From: Candidatus Latescibacterota bacterium | GTDB lineage: Bacteria; Latescibacterota; UBA2968 | NCBI GenBank assembly: GCA_965116885.1 | Contig: OZ220741.1 | Coordinates: 320,001-384,000, forward strand | Reading direction: 5' to 3' | DNA length: 64,000 nt | Shown here: piece after piece, positions 1-8,468 of the stretch | Layout: each line of letters starts with the position of its first letter | Numbering within the stretch: position 1 is the first letter of the stretch | Translations under genes and position numbers: made by a program | Notes under the pieces: generated by a model | What the model saw: the letters and a program-made list of their open reading frames with translations, nothing else | Databases searched by the model: none | What the model was told of the DNA's origin: nothing

Positions 1-613
1 GCTCTGTGGGTGCCGGAATAACCTGACAGCGCAAATCCATCAGACCCGACACCTTACAAAAAATATTGGGTTGTTCGGCGGCTTTTTGCATAAGCTCCAA
101 ATGCTCGGGGGCAATGGGATTGCCATCTGCCGGAATATTGCCGCAGTGATTGATCACAATGCGGAGATCGGGCAACCGACGCGCGATTTCGATAACCGCC
201 TCATTGACCCCCGAATCGAGTTCGAGATCGCGTTCGACGAGCTTCTCAAAAGCACCTGCCATCTCGCCCAAATCTTCGCGCTCCCAGGGATGAGTGCGCG
301 GGCGAATACCCAAAAAGAGCGGATTGGGAGATAGGCGATTGAGATGATCGCCAAAATCCTCAGCCCGCGGATCGAGATTGCCAACCAGCCCCACGATAAA
401 CGGATCATCTTCAATCACATCGAGCACCCACTGGTTGTCTTCGACCCATGTACTCGCCTCGACAATAATAGCCCCCGTAACACCTTCAGACGCGACCAGC
501 GCTCTGTAGTCTTCGGGCATAACGCGGCGATAAATCTCGTCATCAGGTTCGGGAAAGGGCACACCCTCTGGACGAGTGGGATCGTAAATATGGATATGCG
601 TATCAATAATCAT
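1..613 (-). CDS. Amidohydrolase_2 family protein (L-fuconolactonase-like), runs off the window start
   Basis: Not in the ORF track. Manual translation from ATG at 613 gives MIIDTHIHIYDPTRPEGVPFP...VINHCG...NIFCKVSGL (DxHxH motif). AGAGGAG RBS upstream. Confidence 0.85.
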   Translation of the reverse strand, partial: MIIDTHIHIYDPTRPEGVPFPEPDDEIYRRVMPEDYRALVASEGVTGAIIVEASTWVEDNQWVLDVIEDDPFIVGLVGNLDPRAEDFGDHLNRLSPNPLFLGIRPRTHPWEREDLGEMAGAFEKLVERDLELDSGVNEAVIEIARRLPDLRIVINHCGNIPADGNPIAPEHLELMQKAAEQPNIFCKVSGLMDLRCQVIPAPTE

Positions 614-624
614 TCATCACTCCT

Positions 625-1506
625 CTATAATGCTACTTCATCTATGTCCATATGCTCGCGCAACCGCCCGAGCGCGCGGTCTTTGAGCTGGCGCACGCGC
701 TCGCGGCTAATGTGAAAACGCTTGCCCACTTGCTCCAGCGATTCCGCGTTATCGACATCCAGGCCAAAATAGCGATTGATAATCTCGGCTTCGCGTTCGG
801 GCAAATCGGCCAGACCCTTGTGCAAAAGATCGCGCAATCGGCTGGCATGCACATCCTCATCTGGCAGGGGCGCATCGTCGGGAACAACATCGGCAAACTG
901 ACGGTCACCATCTTCATATACTGGCCTGTCGAGTGAGACAGACGCCAGGCTCGTTTGAAGTGCCTTGCGCACCCGTCGAGTTGAAAAATCGGTTTCCGAA
1001 GCCAACTCGTCAATCGTGGGAACGCGACCATATGTTTGTGAAAGTGCGGCAGACACTTTGTTGAGCACATCGCGATCATCTATTTGATTGACCGGAAACG
1101 CAATCGGATGCGTCTGCCGATTGAGAGCAGAGAGCATGGCCTGGCGAATCCACCACACTGCATAAGTGATAAACTTGTACCCGCGCTCGGGATCATAGGT
1201 TTGGGTAGCGCGTATAAGGCCCATATTGCCCTCGGCAATAAGATCGGAAAGAGGCAACCCACGCCCCGTGTATTCACCAGCCACGCGCACAACAAAACGC
1301 AAATTGGCTGTAATGAGATGATTCAGCGCCTTTTGATCGCCCTTGCGCGCGGCATTTATGGCTTTGACCTCATCTTCGCGGGAAAGAGGTGTGTATTTGC
1401 GAATATCGCGCAAATAAAGATCTGTAAGCTGTGCTTGCGAAGAATCATCCAAAGGGGAATCGCTTCCCGTTAAGGAATCTACTGATTTTTTTTGTTCTTT
1501 TTTCAT
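625..1506 (-). CDS. Sigma-70 family RNA polymerase sigma factor (RpoD/RpoS-like, no region 1.1)
   Basis: YLRDI..PLS (1.2), ANLRFVV, DLIAEGNMGLIRA, KFITYAVWWIRQ, ISRERVRQL (4.2). Start set at ATG 1506, overlapping the MerR stop (ATGA). Confidence 0.93.
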   Translation of the reverse strand: MKKEQKKSVDSLTGSDSPLDDSSQAQLTDLYLRDIRKYTPLSREDEVKAINAARKGDQKALNHLITANLRFVVRVAGEYTGRGLPLSDLIAEGNMGLIRATQTYDPERGYKFITYAVWWIRQAMLSALNRQTHPIAFPVNQIDDRDVLNKVSAALSQTYGRVPTIDELASETDFSTRRVRKALQTSLASVSLDRPVYEDGDRQFADVVPDDAPLPDEDVHASRLRDLLHKGLADLPEREAEIINRYFGLDVDNAESLEQVGKRFHISRERVRQLKDRALGRLREHMDIDEVAL

Positions 1507-1985
1507 AGCTTTAATTCCAGTGTCTCGGCAGTTGATGGGGAATGAAAAAATGGTACGGACTGACACGTCGGTTGGTTGAGCGTTTGACACGCTGGACAGA
1601 GACGCTCTTCAACTCTGAGATCACAGGGCAAACACGCGCAGATACTGGCTATGGTTTGGGTCAGCGTTTTGCGTATATGCTTGTAGTGTTCAATCTGTTC
1701 TTCGACTTCTTTAAGCCGGTCATTGAGATCTTCGAGAATATCATGCGCGAGTTCGCCTGCGGTTTTATTTTGCTCGCGTTTGTCAATAATGACCTTGATA
1801 TGTTCGAGATCAAATTCCATCTCTTTCAGACTCAAAATCATGCGCAACCGCGCAAGTTGCTCGTGGGAATAACATCGAAAACCACCGCTACTTCGGCATT
1901 CGGGATATATCAGACCCATCTCTTCGTAATAGCGCACTGTGCGGGTGGTCGTACCGGCTTCTTTCGCCAATTTCCCAATATGCAT
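1503..1985 (-). CDS. MerR-family regulator with Cys-rich C-terminus
   Basis: MHIGKLAKEAGTTTRTVRYYEEMGLI..RSSGGFRCY winged HTH, coiled coil, C-terminal CxCxxC-x8-CxxC-x7-C. Start chosen at MHIGK. Confidence 0.9.
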   Translation of the reverse strand: MHIGKLAKEAGTTTRTVRYYEEMGLIYPECRSSGGFRCYSHEQLARLRMILSLKEMEFDLEHIKVIIDKREQNKTAGELAHDILEDLNDRLKEVEEQIEHYKHIRKTLTQTIASICACLPCDLRVEERLCPACQTLNQPTCQSVPFFHSPSTAETLELKL

Positions 1986-2044
1986 CAAACCATCATTGCA
2001 TTTTGACACGACAAAACACCTCGTTTTTATGAGCGAAACAGACA

Positions 2045-2133
2045 AACTTTGACGTTACGTTAAAGTTGGGCAAAAAAATATACCTCAACACAACATCAAT
2101 GTCAACGAAAAACTTTGACGTTACGTTAAGGTT
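2045..2133 (-). promoter_or_regulatory. Sigma70-type promoter flanked by two 23-bp palindromic operators
   Basis: Minus-strand TTGACA (2105-2100), 17 bp, TATATT (2082-2077). AACTTTGACGTTACGTTAAAGTT at 2045-2067 and AACTTTGACGTTACGTTAAGGTT at 2111-2133. Confidence 0.85.
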
Positions 2134-2176
2134 TGGCAATCATCCATCAGCCCGTCCTGCTTCCGCCCCTTAATTC

Positions 2177-3352
2177 TCAATGGTGGAACAAACGCACCCC
2201 GGTTATAACCAGAAGCATACCGTATTCATCGCAGGCAGCGATAACATCGTCGTCGCGCACCGAACCTCCGGTCTCAACCACGTATTTGACACCTGTGCGA
2301 GCGGCGCGATCAATATTATCTCGAAAAGGGATAAACGCATCGGAACTGAGCACAATATTGTCCATCTGTCCAATCCAACCTCGCCTCGCGTCCTCGCTCA
2401 AAAACAGAGGTACCGTATCGAAACAACCTTCCCAAACCCGACGTTCCTCATCGGTCATATTGCCGCGCAAATAAGCTTCAATAGCATTGATCTTTTCGGG
2501 GCGTCTCAGACCTCTTCTAAATTTGAAATTGAGAATATCCGGATGCTGGCGCAAATACCACGCTTCGGCTTTCCCTGCGGCAATATCCGTACATGCCAGA
2601 CGATTTTGCTGCCCGGCACCATTGCCAATAACCTGTCCATCAAAGGCAAAACACATAGAATTGGATTGCGTGTACTTCAAAGCAATAGTCGCCAGGAGCA
2701 TATCGCGCTGTGCTTCGGAAGACACTTCTTTATTTTTTGTCACAATATTCGTTAAAATATCTGTGTTAATAGCTTTGGTATTGCGCGTCTGTTCCAGAAC
2801 AACGCCGAAAACATCGCGAGTCTCCGGACCAGCAGGTGCGTATGATTCATCCATCTGGAGAATAACATAACTACCGCCCTTTTTCTTCTTGAGAATATCG
2901 AACGCCTCCGGTTGATACCCCGGAGCAATAATGCCATCGGACACTTCGCGGCTGAGCAAGCGCGCAGTCGATTGATCCACCTCATCACTCAAAGCCACCC
3001 AATCGCCAAAAGAAGAGAGCCTATCCGCACCCCGAGCGCGGGCATAAGCCGTAGCCAGAGGCGAAAGATCGAGATCATCGACAAAATACGCCCTTTGCAA
3101 AGCGTCAGACATGGGAACCGCAACAGCCGCACCAGCGGGGCTTAAGTGCTTAAAAGAGGCAGCTGCTGGCAAACTGAGCACCTCTTTAAGCTCGCGCACG
3201 AGTTGCCAGGAATTGAGCGCATCGAGCAGATTGATATAACCCGGCGCGCCATTGAGCACTGTGAAGGGCAATTTGCCGCTGGGAGAATACGCACGCGCAT
3301 CAGATTGATGCGGGTTGCAACCATAACGAAGAATCAGTCCATCTTGAGACAT
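2177..3352 (-). CDS. purH: AICAR formyltransferase (short PurH lacking the IMP cyclohydrolase domain)
   Basis: LRYGCNPHQ, AAASFKHLSPAGAAV, ARARGADRLSSFGD, LKYTQSNS, SDAFIPFRDN, GVRLFHH. Confidence 0.93.
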   Translation of the reverse strand: MSQDGLILRYGCNPHQSDARAYSPSGKLPFTVLNGAPGYINLLDALNSWQLVRELKEVLSLPAAASFKHLSPAGAAVAVPMSDALQRAYFVDDLDLSPLATAYARARGADRLSSFGDWVALSDEVDQSTARLLSREVSDGIIAPGYQPEAFDILKKKKGGSYVILQMDESYAPAGPETRDVFGVVLEQTRNTKAINTDILTNIVTKNKEVSSEAQRDMLLATIALKYTQSNSMCFAFDGQVIGNGAGQQNRLACTDIAAGKAEAWYLRQHPDILNFKFRRGLRRPEKINAIEAYLRGNMTDEERRVWEGCFDTVPLFLSEDARRGWIGQMDNIVLSSDAFIPFRDNIDRAARTGVKYVVETGGSVRDDDVIAACDEYGMLLVITGVRLFHH

Positions 3353-3371
3353 AAGACAATCCTTTTAAAAA

Positions 3372-3403
3372 TAAAAAAAGCCCAATCCTCTAATGGATTG
3401 AGC
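3372..3403 (-). terminator. Intrinsic terminator forming the expression platform of the ZTP riboswitch
   Basis: GCTCAATCC-attaga-GGATTGGGC followed by a T run. The 5' arm overlaps the aptamer 3' end. Confidence 0.85.
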
Positions 3404-3481
3404 CCAGGCGATCGACCCTTTGAATATTTGTTCTAACGCTCCCCTCCGGTCATTTCCGGATATTCGCCAGTTGCGTCAGAT
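3401..3481 (-). ncRNA. ZMP/ZTP (pfl) riboswitch
   Basis: TCTGACGCAACTGGCGAA..CCGG..CCGGAGGGGAGCGTTAGA linker GGTCGATCGCCTGGGC matches the pfl motif with the TGGCG/CGCC pseudoknot. Lies directly upstream of purH. Confidence 0.9.
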
Positions 3482-3496
3482 ACTATTATTAGAACC

Positions 3497-3525
3497 AATA
3501 TAACGGGAGACTACATATATGTCAA
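3497..3525 (-). promoter_or_regulatory. Promoter of riboswitch-purH
   Basis: TTGACA (3525-3520), 17 bp, TATATT (3502-3497). Confidence 0.8.
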
Positions 3526-3531
3526 CAGCCA

Positions 3532-4743
3532 TCAACTCGGCCCTCTGTCAGCACCCGATACAATTTGCGTTGCACCTGTTTCAGTAATCACAAAACAAAG
3601 CAATTGCTCGGGGTCAGCCAGATCGAGAACAACGGGCGAATGCGTGGTGGTCAAAATTTGGGAACGCGCTCTATCCTCGTGCTGTGCTACCGCACTGAAT
3701 GCTTTAAAGACCGCTTCTACGGCGCCAGAATGAAGGCCGTTTTCTGGGACTTCAAGCAAACATATCCCATCGCTATCGGGCACATAAGCCAGCAATGTTA
3801 GAGCCAGCAATCGCAGGGTCCCATCGGACAACATCCACGACGGTGTCTCGAGATCATTGTGGTGATTAACCACGAGATAACAGTGTTGATCTTCGGGACG
3901 CACAACCGTGTAAACAGCGGATAAACCCGGCAAAACAGTGCGCAACATCTCCAGCCAGGCCGCATGCCTGCCCGGCTCATTTTCTTGCAGGGCAGAGACC
4001 ACCCAGGGCAGATTGGCACCATCGGACAACAGATTGTGTGGTTGCCCCGGCGGACTGGGGCGGCGAATGCCTTCTCCGTTGAAATCGAATTTGCGAATGC
4101 CGTATGAAAGAACGTGTTTGAGCCATGTTGCAATGGGAAAACGCGCTTCATCTTCGGGCAAATTGCCCAGTGCCGAACGCCTCGCACCGAGCTTGAAAGA
4201 AGGATCCCATCCCGCACCGGATTCATCGTAAAATTTATCATTGCCACCGGGCACTTTATTGACAATGGTCTTGACGCCGCGCAGCCTGGGCGTCGCCAGA
4301 GTTTGCGGTGTGGGGTCTTCTACGGCAAAGAGCGATTCTTGAACAGCGCGATCATCTCGCTGAATATCTGTGAGCAAAAGCACCCGCTCGGACAGAATCT
4401 CGACTTCACCATTTTCTTCGGTCACGCCAATAGCGACTTCGTATCGACACCGCGAAAAATTCCGATCTGAAAACAGATTGGATTCAGGTGCAGGCACAGA
4501 CAATTCAACAGCAATTTCAAATCGATCTGCAAAACCGTGCCAGGTCAGATCGCGCAAATCATTCGCCCGGTCATAAATAGCGGCATCGAGACCATCGCGC
4601 ACAAAATCTCCCAAAAACGCAATCGCATCGAGAAAGGTCGTCTTACCACTGCCATTGGCACCAACCAGCATGTGAAAAGGCGCGAGATCCTGTTCGATAT
4701 GACGCAAACACTGATAATAAAGAGTTTCAAGACGCTGGATCAT
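3532..4743 (-). CDS. AAA_21/ABC-type ATPase, orphan, with degenerate Walker B
   Basis: Walker A GANGSGKTT, signature LSDGT, Walker B LLEVPENG (usually EEPE), H-loop TTHSP. Confidence 0.8.
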   Translation of the reverse strand: MIQRLETLYYQCLRHIEQDLAPFHMLVGANGSGKTTFLDAIAFLGDFVRDGLDAAIYDRANDLRDLTWHGFADRFEIAVELSVPAPESNLFSDRNFSRCRYEVAIGVTEENGEVEILSERVLLLTDIQRDDRAVQESLFAVEDPTPQTLATPRLRGVKTIVNKVPGGNDKFYDESGAGWDPSFKLGARRSALGNLPEDEARFPIATWLKHVLSYGIRKFDFNGEGIRRPSPPGQPHNLLSDGANLPWVVSALQENEPGRHAAWLEMLRTVLPGLSAVYTVVRPEDQHCYLVVNHHNDLETPSWMLSDGTLRLLALTLLAYVPDSDGICLLEVPENGLHSGAVEAVFKAFSAVAQHEDRARSQILTTTHSPVVLDLADPEQLLCFVITETGATQIVSGADRGPS

Positions 4744-4805
4744 GTGGAACTCCTGTAGTGATTACTCCCAACGCTAAAGCTCTCTGCGAGTGGGCTTCTT
4801 GGCGG

Positions 4806-5924
4806 TCAAACCGCCTGACTTTGTAATCCCAAAGTCAATATGTTTATCGCAGCATTGAGGTCTCTGTCTGCTGTATAGCCACACTTCTTGCAATGATGCA
4901 CACGATCAGAGAGTGCTTTCTTTTCGCGGTGTCCACAAGAAGAACAATCTTGTGAGGTGTGTTTAGGATCAACGGCCTTGAATCCAATACCAGCTTCTTC
5001 CGCTTTGTATTCGAGACAATGCCGAAACAGTGACCACGCTGCATCTGAGATGCTTTTTGATAAACGACGATCCTTTTGCATCTTTTTAGCGTCTAACTTT
5101 TCTGTTGCAACAAAGCCATACTTATTGACGATTTTGCGAGCTTCTTGATGCACAAAATTATGTCTTCTATTACGGATACGCTCATGCACTCTGGCAACAG
5201 TCTTACGCGCTTTCTCACGTTTCTTTGGCGACGCTTTTTTCACTTTATCCCACTTGCGCTGTGCTTTGGCAAGCACCTTTTCCTCTTTTTGAAAAAAGCG
5301 AGGATTAGCTATCTTTGTCTCGTCAGAAAACATAGCAAAATTATCAAGCCCCACGTCAATGCCAACGGCGGGATCAGCGTCTGTTTTATCAGGCGCGTCG
5401 CCTATATCACAAGAGATAGTAGCAAACCACTTGCCCGTCGCCGTGCGCCTGAGCGTGCAAGACTTAGGCATACCCTCAAGTGGTCTGTGCTGGACAACCC
5501 GAATACAGCCTATTTTGCCCAATCGCAAGCCCTTCCCGTCCAATCGGCATCCATTGAAAAACTGAGGATATGTCATAGAGTCAAACCGATTCTGCCCCTT
5601 GTATCTGGGAAAGCCTGCTTTCTCGCCCGTCTTTGACCTCTCTTTGAGACGGCGAAAAAATCCCTTGAATGCCCAATCTACTCTCTGGCATACTTGCTGA
5701 AGAACTTGAGAGTGTATGTTAGCAAAAGATTGACGCTGTTGTTTCAGCATTGGCAATGTCGCTTGTTGCTCATAGCGCGACAAACTTTCTTTGTTCTTTT
5801 CCCATGCTTGGACTCTTGCACAGACAAGTTGGTTATACAGCAAGCGACATTCTTCAATGTGCGCCGTCAGGATTTTCTCCTGTTTTTTTGTCGGGCGCAG
5901 TCTGTATTTTAAGGACTTAAGCAT
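4806..5924 (-). CDS. tnpB: RNA-guided endonuclease TnpB
   Basis: KYRLRPT N-terminus, GFPRYK, RuvC D (GIDVGL), E (ATEKL), D (DRDLNAAINI), Zn ribbon CSSC..CKKC. Confidence 0.95.
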   Translation of the reverse strand: MLKSLKYRLRPTKKQEKILTAHIEECRLLYNQLVCARVQAWEKNKESLSRYEQQATLPMLKQQRQSFANIHSQVLQQVCQRVDWAFKGFFRRLKERSKTGEKAGFPRYKGQNRFDSMTYPQFFNGCRLDGKGLRLGKIGCIRVVQHRPLEGMPKSCTLRRTATGKWFATISCDIGDAPDKTDADPAVGIDVGLDNFAMFSDETKIANPRFFQKEEKVLAKAQRKWDKVKKASPKKREKARKTVARVHERIRNRRHNFVHQEARKIVNKYGFVATEKLDAKKMQKDRRLSKSISDAAWSLFRHCLEYKAEEAGIGFKAVDPKHTSQDCSSCGHREKKALSDRVHHCKKCGYTADRDLNAAINILTLGLQSQAV

Positions 5925-5930
5925 AATAAA

Positions 5931-5959
5931 AATATACAGTTATGAAAATATTTTGTCAA
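5931..5959 (-). promoter_or_regulatory. tnpB promoter, predicted leaderless transcript
   Basis: TTGACA (5959-5954), 17 bp, TATATT (5936-5931). ATG follows 6 nt later with no SD. Confidence 0.7.
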
Positions 5960-6112
5960 CCTGTTTTTCGTGGAATGAGCGGACGAGTCTTAATGACTCA
6001 CCGCCCACATCGCCCTGTGCGATGTGACCCCAGGCTAAAGCATTTGGGACTTACGGGCTATTTGTTAAGTTAGAAGCATATTACATGACAGAAAGAGAGG
6101 CGTCAAGAGCAA

Positions 6113-6847
6113 ATGCAATCAAAAAAAACAGTCCTGATCACCGGCGCAACAGACGGGATTGGCCGGGCACTTGCAAAAATCTATCGGACGCGCGGAGACA
6201 GGTTAGTACTGGTGGGCAGACGTACACTGGACACACTCAATGATGCGTTGTACACCAAAGACACATATTGTCGCGCAGATCTATCGCAGAATGATTGTAC
6301 AAAGCGGGTATGCGCATTTCTAAACGCGCAAAAAATCGACGCCATAGACCTGGCGATTCAAAATGCTGGCACCGGATATTTTGGACCTATCGCAGAACAA
6401 AGTGCGGAAAGCATTCGAGAGATCGTAGCAGTCAACCTGATGGCGCCCTTGCGCTTGACGCACGCCCTGATTCCATACCTGAAAAAAACCAACGGAAAAC
6501 TCGTACTCATCGGCTCAATCACACATGCCTTCCCCTGTCCCGATTACGCCGTGTACGCAGCCAGCAAAGAAGCCCTCAACACCCTGGGACGCAATTTGCA
6601 AATCGAGGGCGACATAAATGTACAGATCATTCACCCGGGAGCGACGCGCACGGGCTTGCATCGAAAAATTGGCGTGAACAACGAAAAGACAAAGGGATTT
6701 CCGTCCGCAGAAAGGGTCGCCCAAAAAATCACACAGGCGATAGATGGACGGCGTTTTATCGCGACAATTGGATGGAGAAATGCATGGGCGCGATTTTTGG
6801 GGCACTATTGCGAAGGCATAGTCAACGCCATAGTGCGAGCAACGTGA
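6113..6847 (+). CDS. Short-chain dehydrogenase/reductase
   Basis: ITGATDGIG, NAG, YAASK. Confidence 0.92.
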   Translation: MQSKKTVLITGATDGIGRALAKIYRTRGDRLVLVGRRTLDTLNDALYTKDTYCRADLSQNDCTKRVCAFLNAQKIDAIDLAIQNAGTGYFGPIAEQSAESIREIVAVNLMAPLRLTHALIPYLKKTNGKLVLIGSITHAFPCPDYAVYAASKEALNTLGRNLQIEGDINVQIIHPGATRTGLHRKIGVNNEKTKGFPSAERVAQKITQAIDGRRFIATIGWRNAWARFLGHYCEGIVNAIVRAT

Positions 6848-7590
6848 AACACGCGGTCATAACAGGCGCGGCGCACGGAATCGGCAAAGCACTTGCCCAT
6901 CGCTTTGCACAGGCGGGATATACCATAACGGGCGTGGATATAGATGCCGCGGGCGCGGTGAAAGTCGAGCGGGAATTGGATGCGCGATTTGTCATTGCAG
7001 ACCTGCGCTCAGAAGCAGGCATCGCCCGTGCTCTCACCAAACTAACCCAGGAAAAACCAATTGACGTATTGATACACAACGCAGGCATCAACGCCGTCGG
7101 ACGATTCCCCGACATAAGCATAGAAGCTCAAGAATACGTAATCGCCGTAAACCTCTACGCACCGATGCGACTCACAGCGGCATTACTCAAAGCTGACCTG
7201 ATAGCAAAAGGTGCGTCCATAGCCTTCATCTCCTCCCTTTCCCACTACACGAGCTATCCAGGTGCTGCAACTTATGCCGCGACCAAAAGCGGATTGGCCT
7301 CCTACGCACGCAGTTTATCCATCGCTCTCGCGCCGCAGAATATTCACGTCACAACAATTTTTCCCGGCCCAACGCGCACAGCCCATGCGCGGCGTCACAG
7401 CCCGCACAACACACGCGAAGAAAAACGCATGCCACCCGAAAAATTGGCGCACCACATCTTTCGAGGCATAAAAAAGAAAAAGCACCTGATCATACCAGGT
7501 GCTACCAATCGAATGCTCGCCCGCCTGGGCAAATACTGCCCGCCCCTGATGGCGTATGCGATGCGTAAGGTGATTTTGGAAAAGTTGTGA
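6844..7590 (+). CDS. Short-chain dehydrogenase/reductase
   Basis: GTG start overlapping the upstream stop (GTGA). VITGAAHGIG, HNAG, YAATK. The ORF-track extension to 6295 is not protein-like. Confidence 0.9.
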   Translation: MKHAVITGAAHGIGKALAHRFAQAGYTITGVDIDAAGAVKVERELDARFVIADLRSEAGIARALTKLTQEKPIDVLIHNAGINAVGRFPDISIEAQEYVIAVNLYAPMRLTAALLKADLIAKGASIAFISSLSHYTSYPGAATYAATKSGLASYARSLSIALAPQNIHVTTIFPGPTRTAHARRHSPHNTREEKRMPPEKLAHHIFRGIKKKKHLIIPGATNRMLARLGKYCPPLMAYAMRKVILEKL

Positions 7591-7614
7591 AATCTTTTGA
7601 CTCTTGACCCGCCT

Positions 7615-8328
7615 CTACTCACACTTTTTTCCCACAAAAAAAGGACCCAGCGATTCGACATAAAGGGCGGTTTGCTGGGTTTTTCTCATATCCTGTACAA
7701 CGCGAGAAAGCGGATAGAGCTCCGCACCTATCAAACCAATGATAAAATCGTTATCATCGGCATCCAAACCGTAACTCGCCAGGCGAACATCGTGCGCATA
7801 ATCTTCGCGTCCATAAGCGCGTCCGATAGAAGCGTGCTCCATCAAAATTTTGCGCTGTTCTCTGTGATCGAGGCGAGCAAAAGCCCCATTGCGACGCAGC
7901 GGGTACCAGATCGCCCAGGGCCATTCGGGATTGAGCACATTATCGCGTGGTCGGTCAATAAGGGCGTATTCGAGATCTGGCTCGTAACCCGTGGCATACG
8001 TTCGCCCGAGCATGGTCAGTTCAGGACGACGTGTACAGGCAGAGAATGGATCGCCATTGAGTAACGTGCGAATATCCTCAACAAACAAATCCGGCGATTC
8101 AGCCAAAAAAACAATGCCAATACCATAGGGATCGTGCGCATCGAGATAAAGCGCGGCATCAAGATCACTTTGATCAAGTGCCTCAGATACAGCATCGACA
8201 TCCCTGACATCAGTAAAAACCTGCAACTGCATGTAAAGCCGCCGATCACTCGTTTGCGGTTTCCCATCAACAGGCGCGCCGTGTTCGAGAATATCGAGTT
8301 TTTCTTTCGATTCAGTGGGATGCTGCAC
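7615..8328 (-). CDS. Chlorite dismutase family protein, probable coproheme decarboxylase (HemQ/ChdC-like)
   Basis: WYPLRR..F..L...EQRKILMEH..IGRAY, DVRLASYGLD..DNDFIIGL, LGPFFVG. GTG start after AGGAG. Confidence 0.8.
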   Translation of the reverse strand: MQHPTESKEKLDILEHGAPVDGKPQTSDRRLYMQLQVFTDVRDVDAVSEALDQSDLDAALYLDAHDPYGIGIVFLAESPDLFVEDIRTLLNGDPFSACTRRPELTMLGRTYATGYEPDLEYALIDRPRDNVLNPEWPWAIWYPLRRNGAFARLDHREQRKILMEHASIGRAYGREDYAHDVRLASYGLDADDNDFIIGLIGAELYPLSRVVQDMRKTQQTALYVESLGPFFVGKKCE

Positions 8329-8468
8329 GTCAATACACTCCTGATTCTCAAAGGATTTAAAATCATGCGTAATTTTTTCGTCAAACGGCAGACCGGCGCG
8401 TTTGTAGCCGTGATTGAAGCCGATGGGGGTTTTAAGACAACTTCTAAACCTGTTTGAAACCATCCCAT

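Larger units (their letters stand above)
4758..6063 (-). mobile_element. IS200/IS605-family element, tnpB only (IS1341-like), about 1.3 kb
   Basis: Left end follows TTAAC (6068-6064), with TAAG then a CCC..CTTTAG..GGG hairpin. Right end has GAAG, the hairpin CCCACTCGCAGAGAGCTTTAGCGTTGGG and terminal TCAC (4761-4758). No TSD and no tnpA. Confidence 0.85.

Noticed and set aside
2045..2133. Two 23-bp palindromic repeats with a 43-bp spacer as a mini CRISPR array
   Set aside because: Only two copies, no cas genes, and the spacer is a consensus promoter. Operators explain it better.
4806..5924. TnpB as Cas12f or nuclease-dead TldR
   Set aside because: No CRISPR array nearby, IS ends are present and the RuvC residues are intact.
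6295..6843. 431-aa SDR with long N-terminal extension
   Set aside because: The extension overlaps the upstream SDR out of frame. GTG at 6844 gives a normal coupled SDR.
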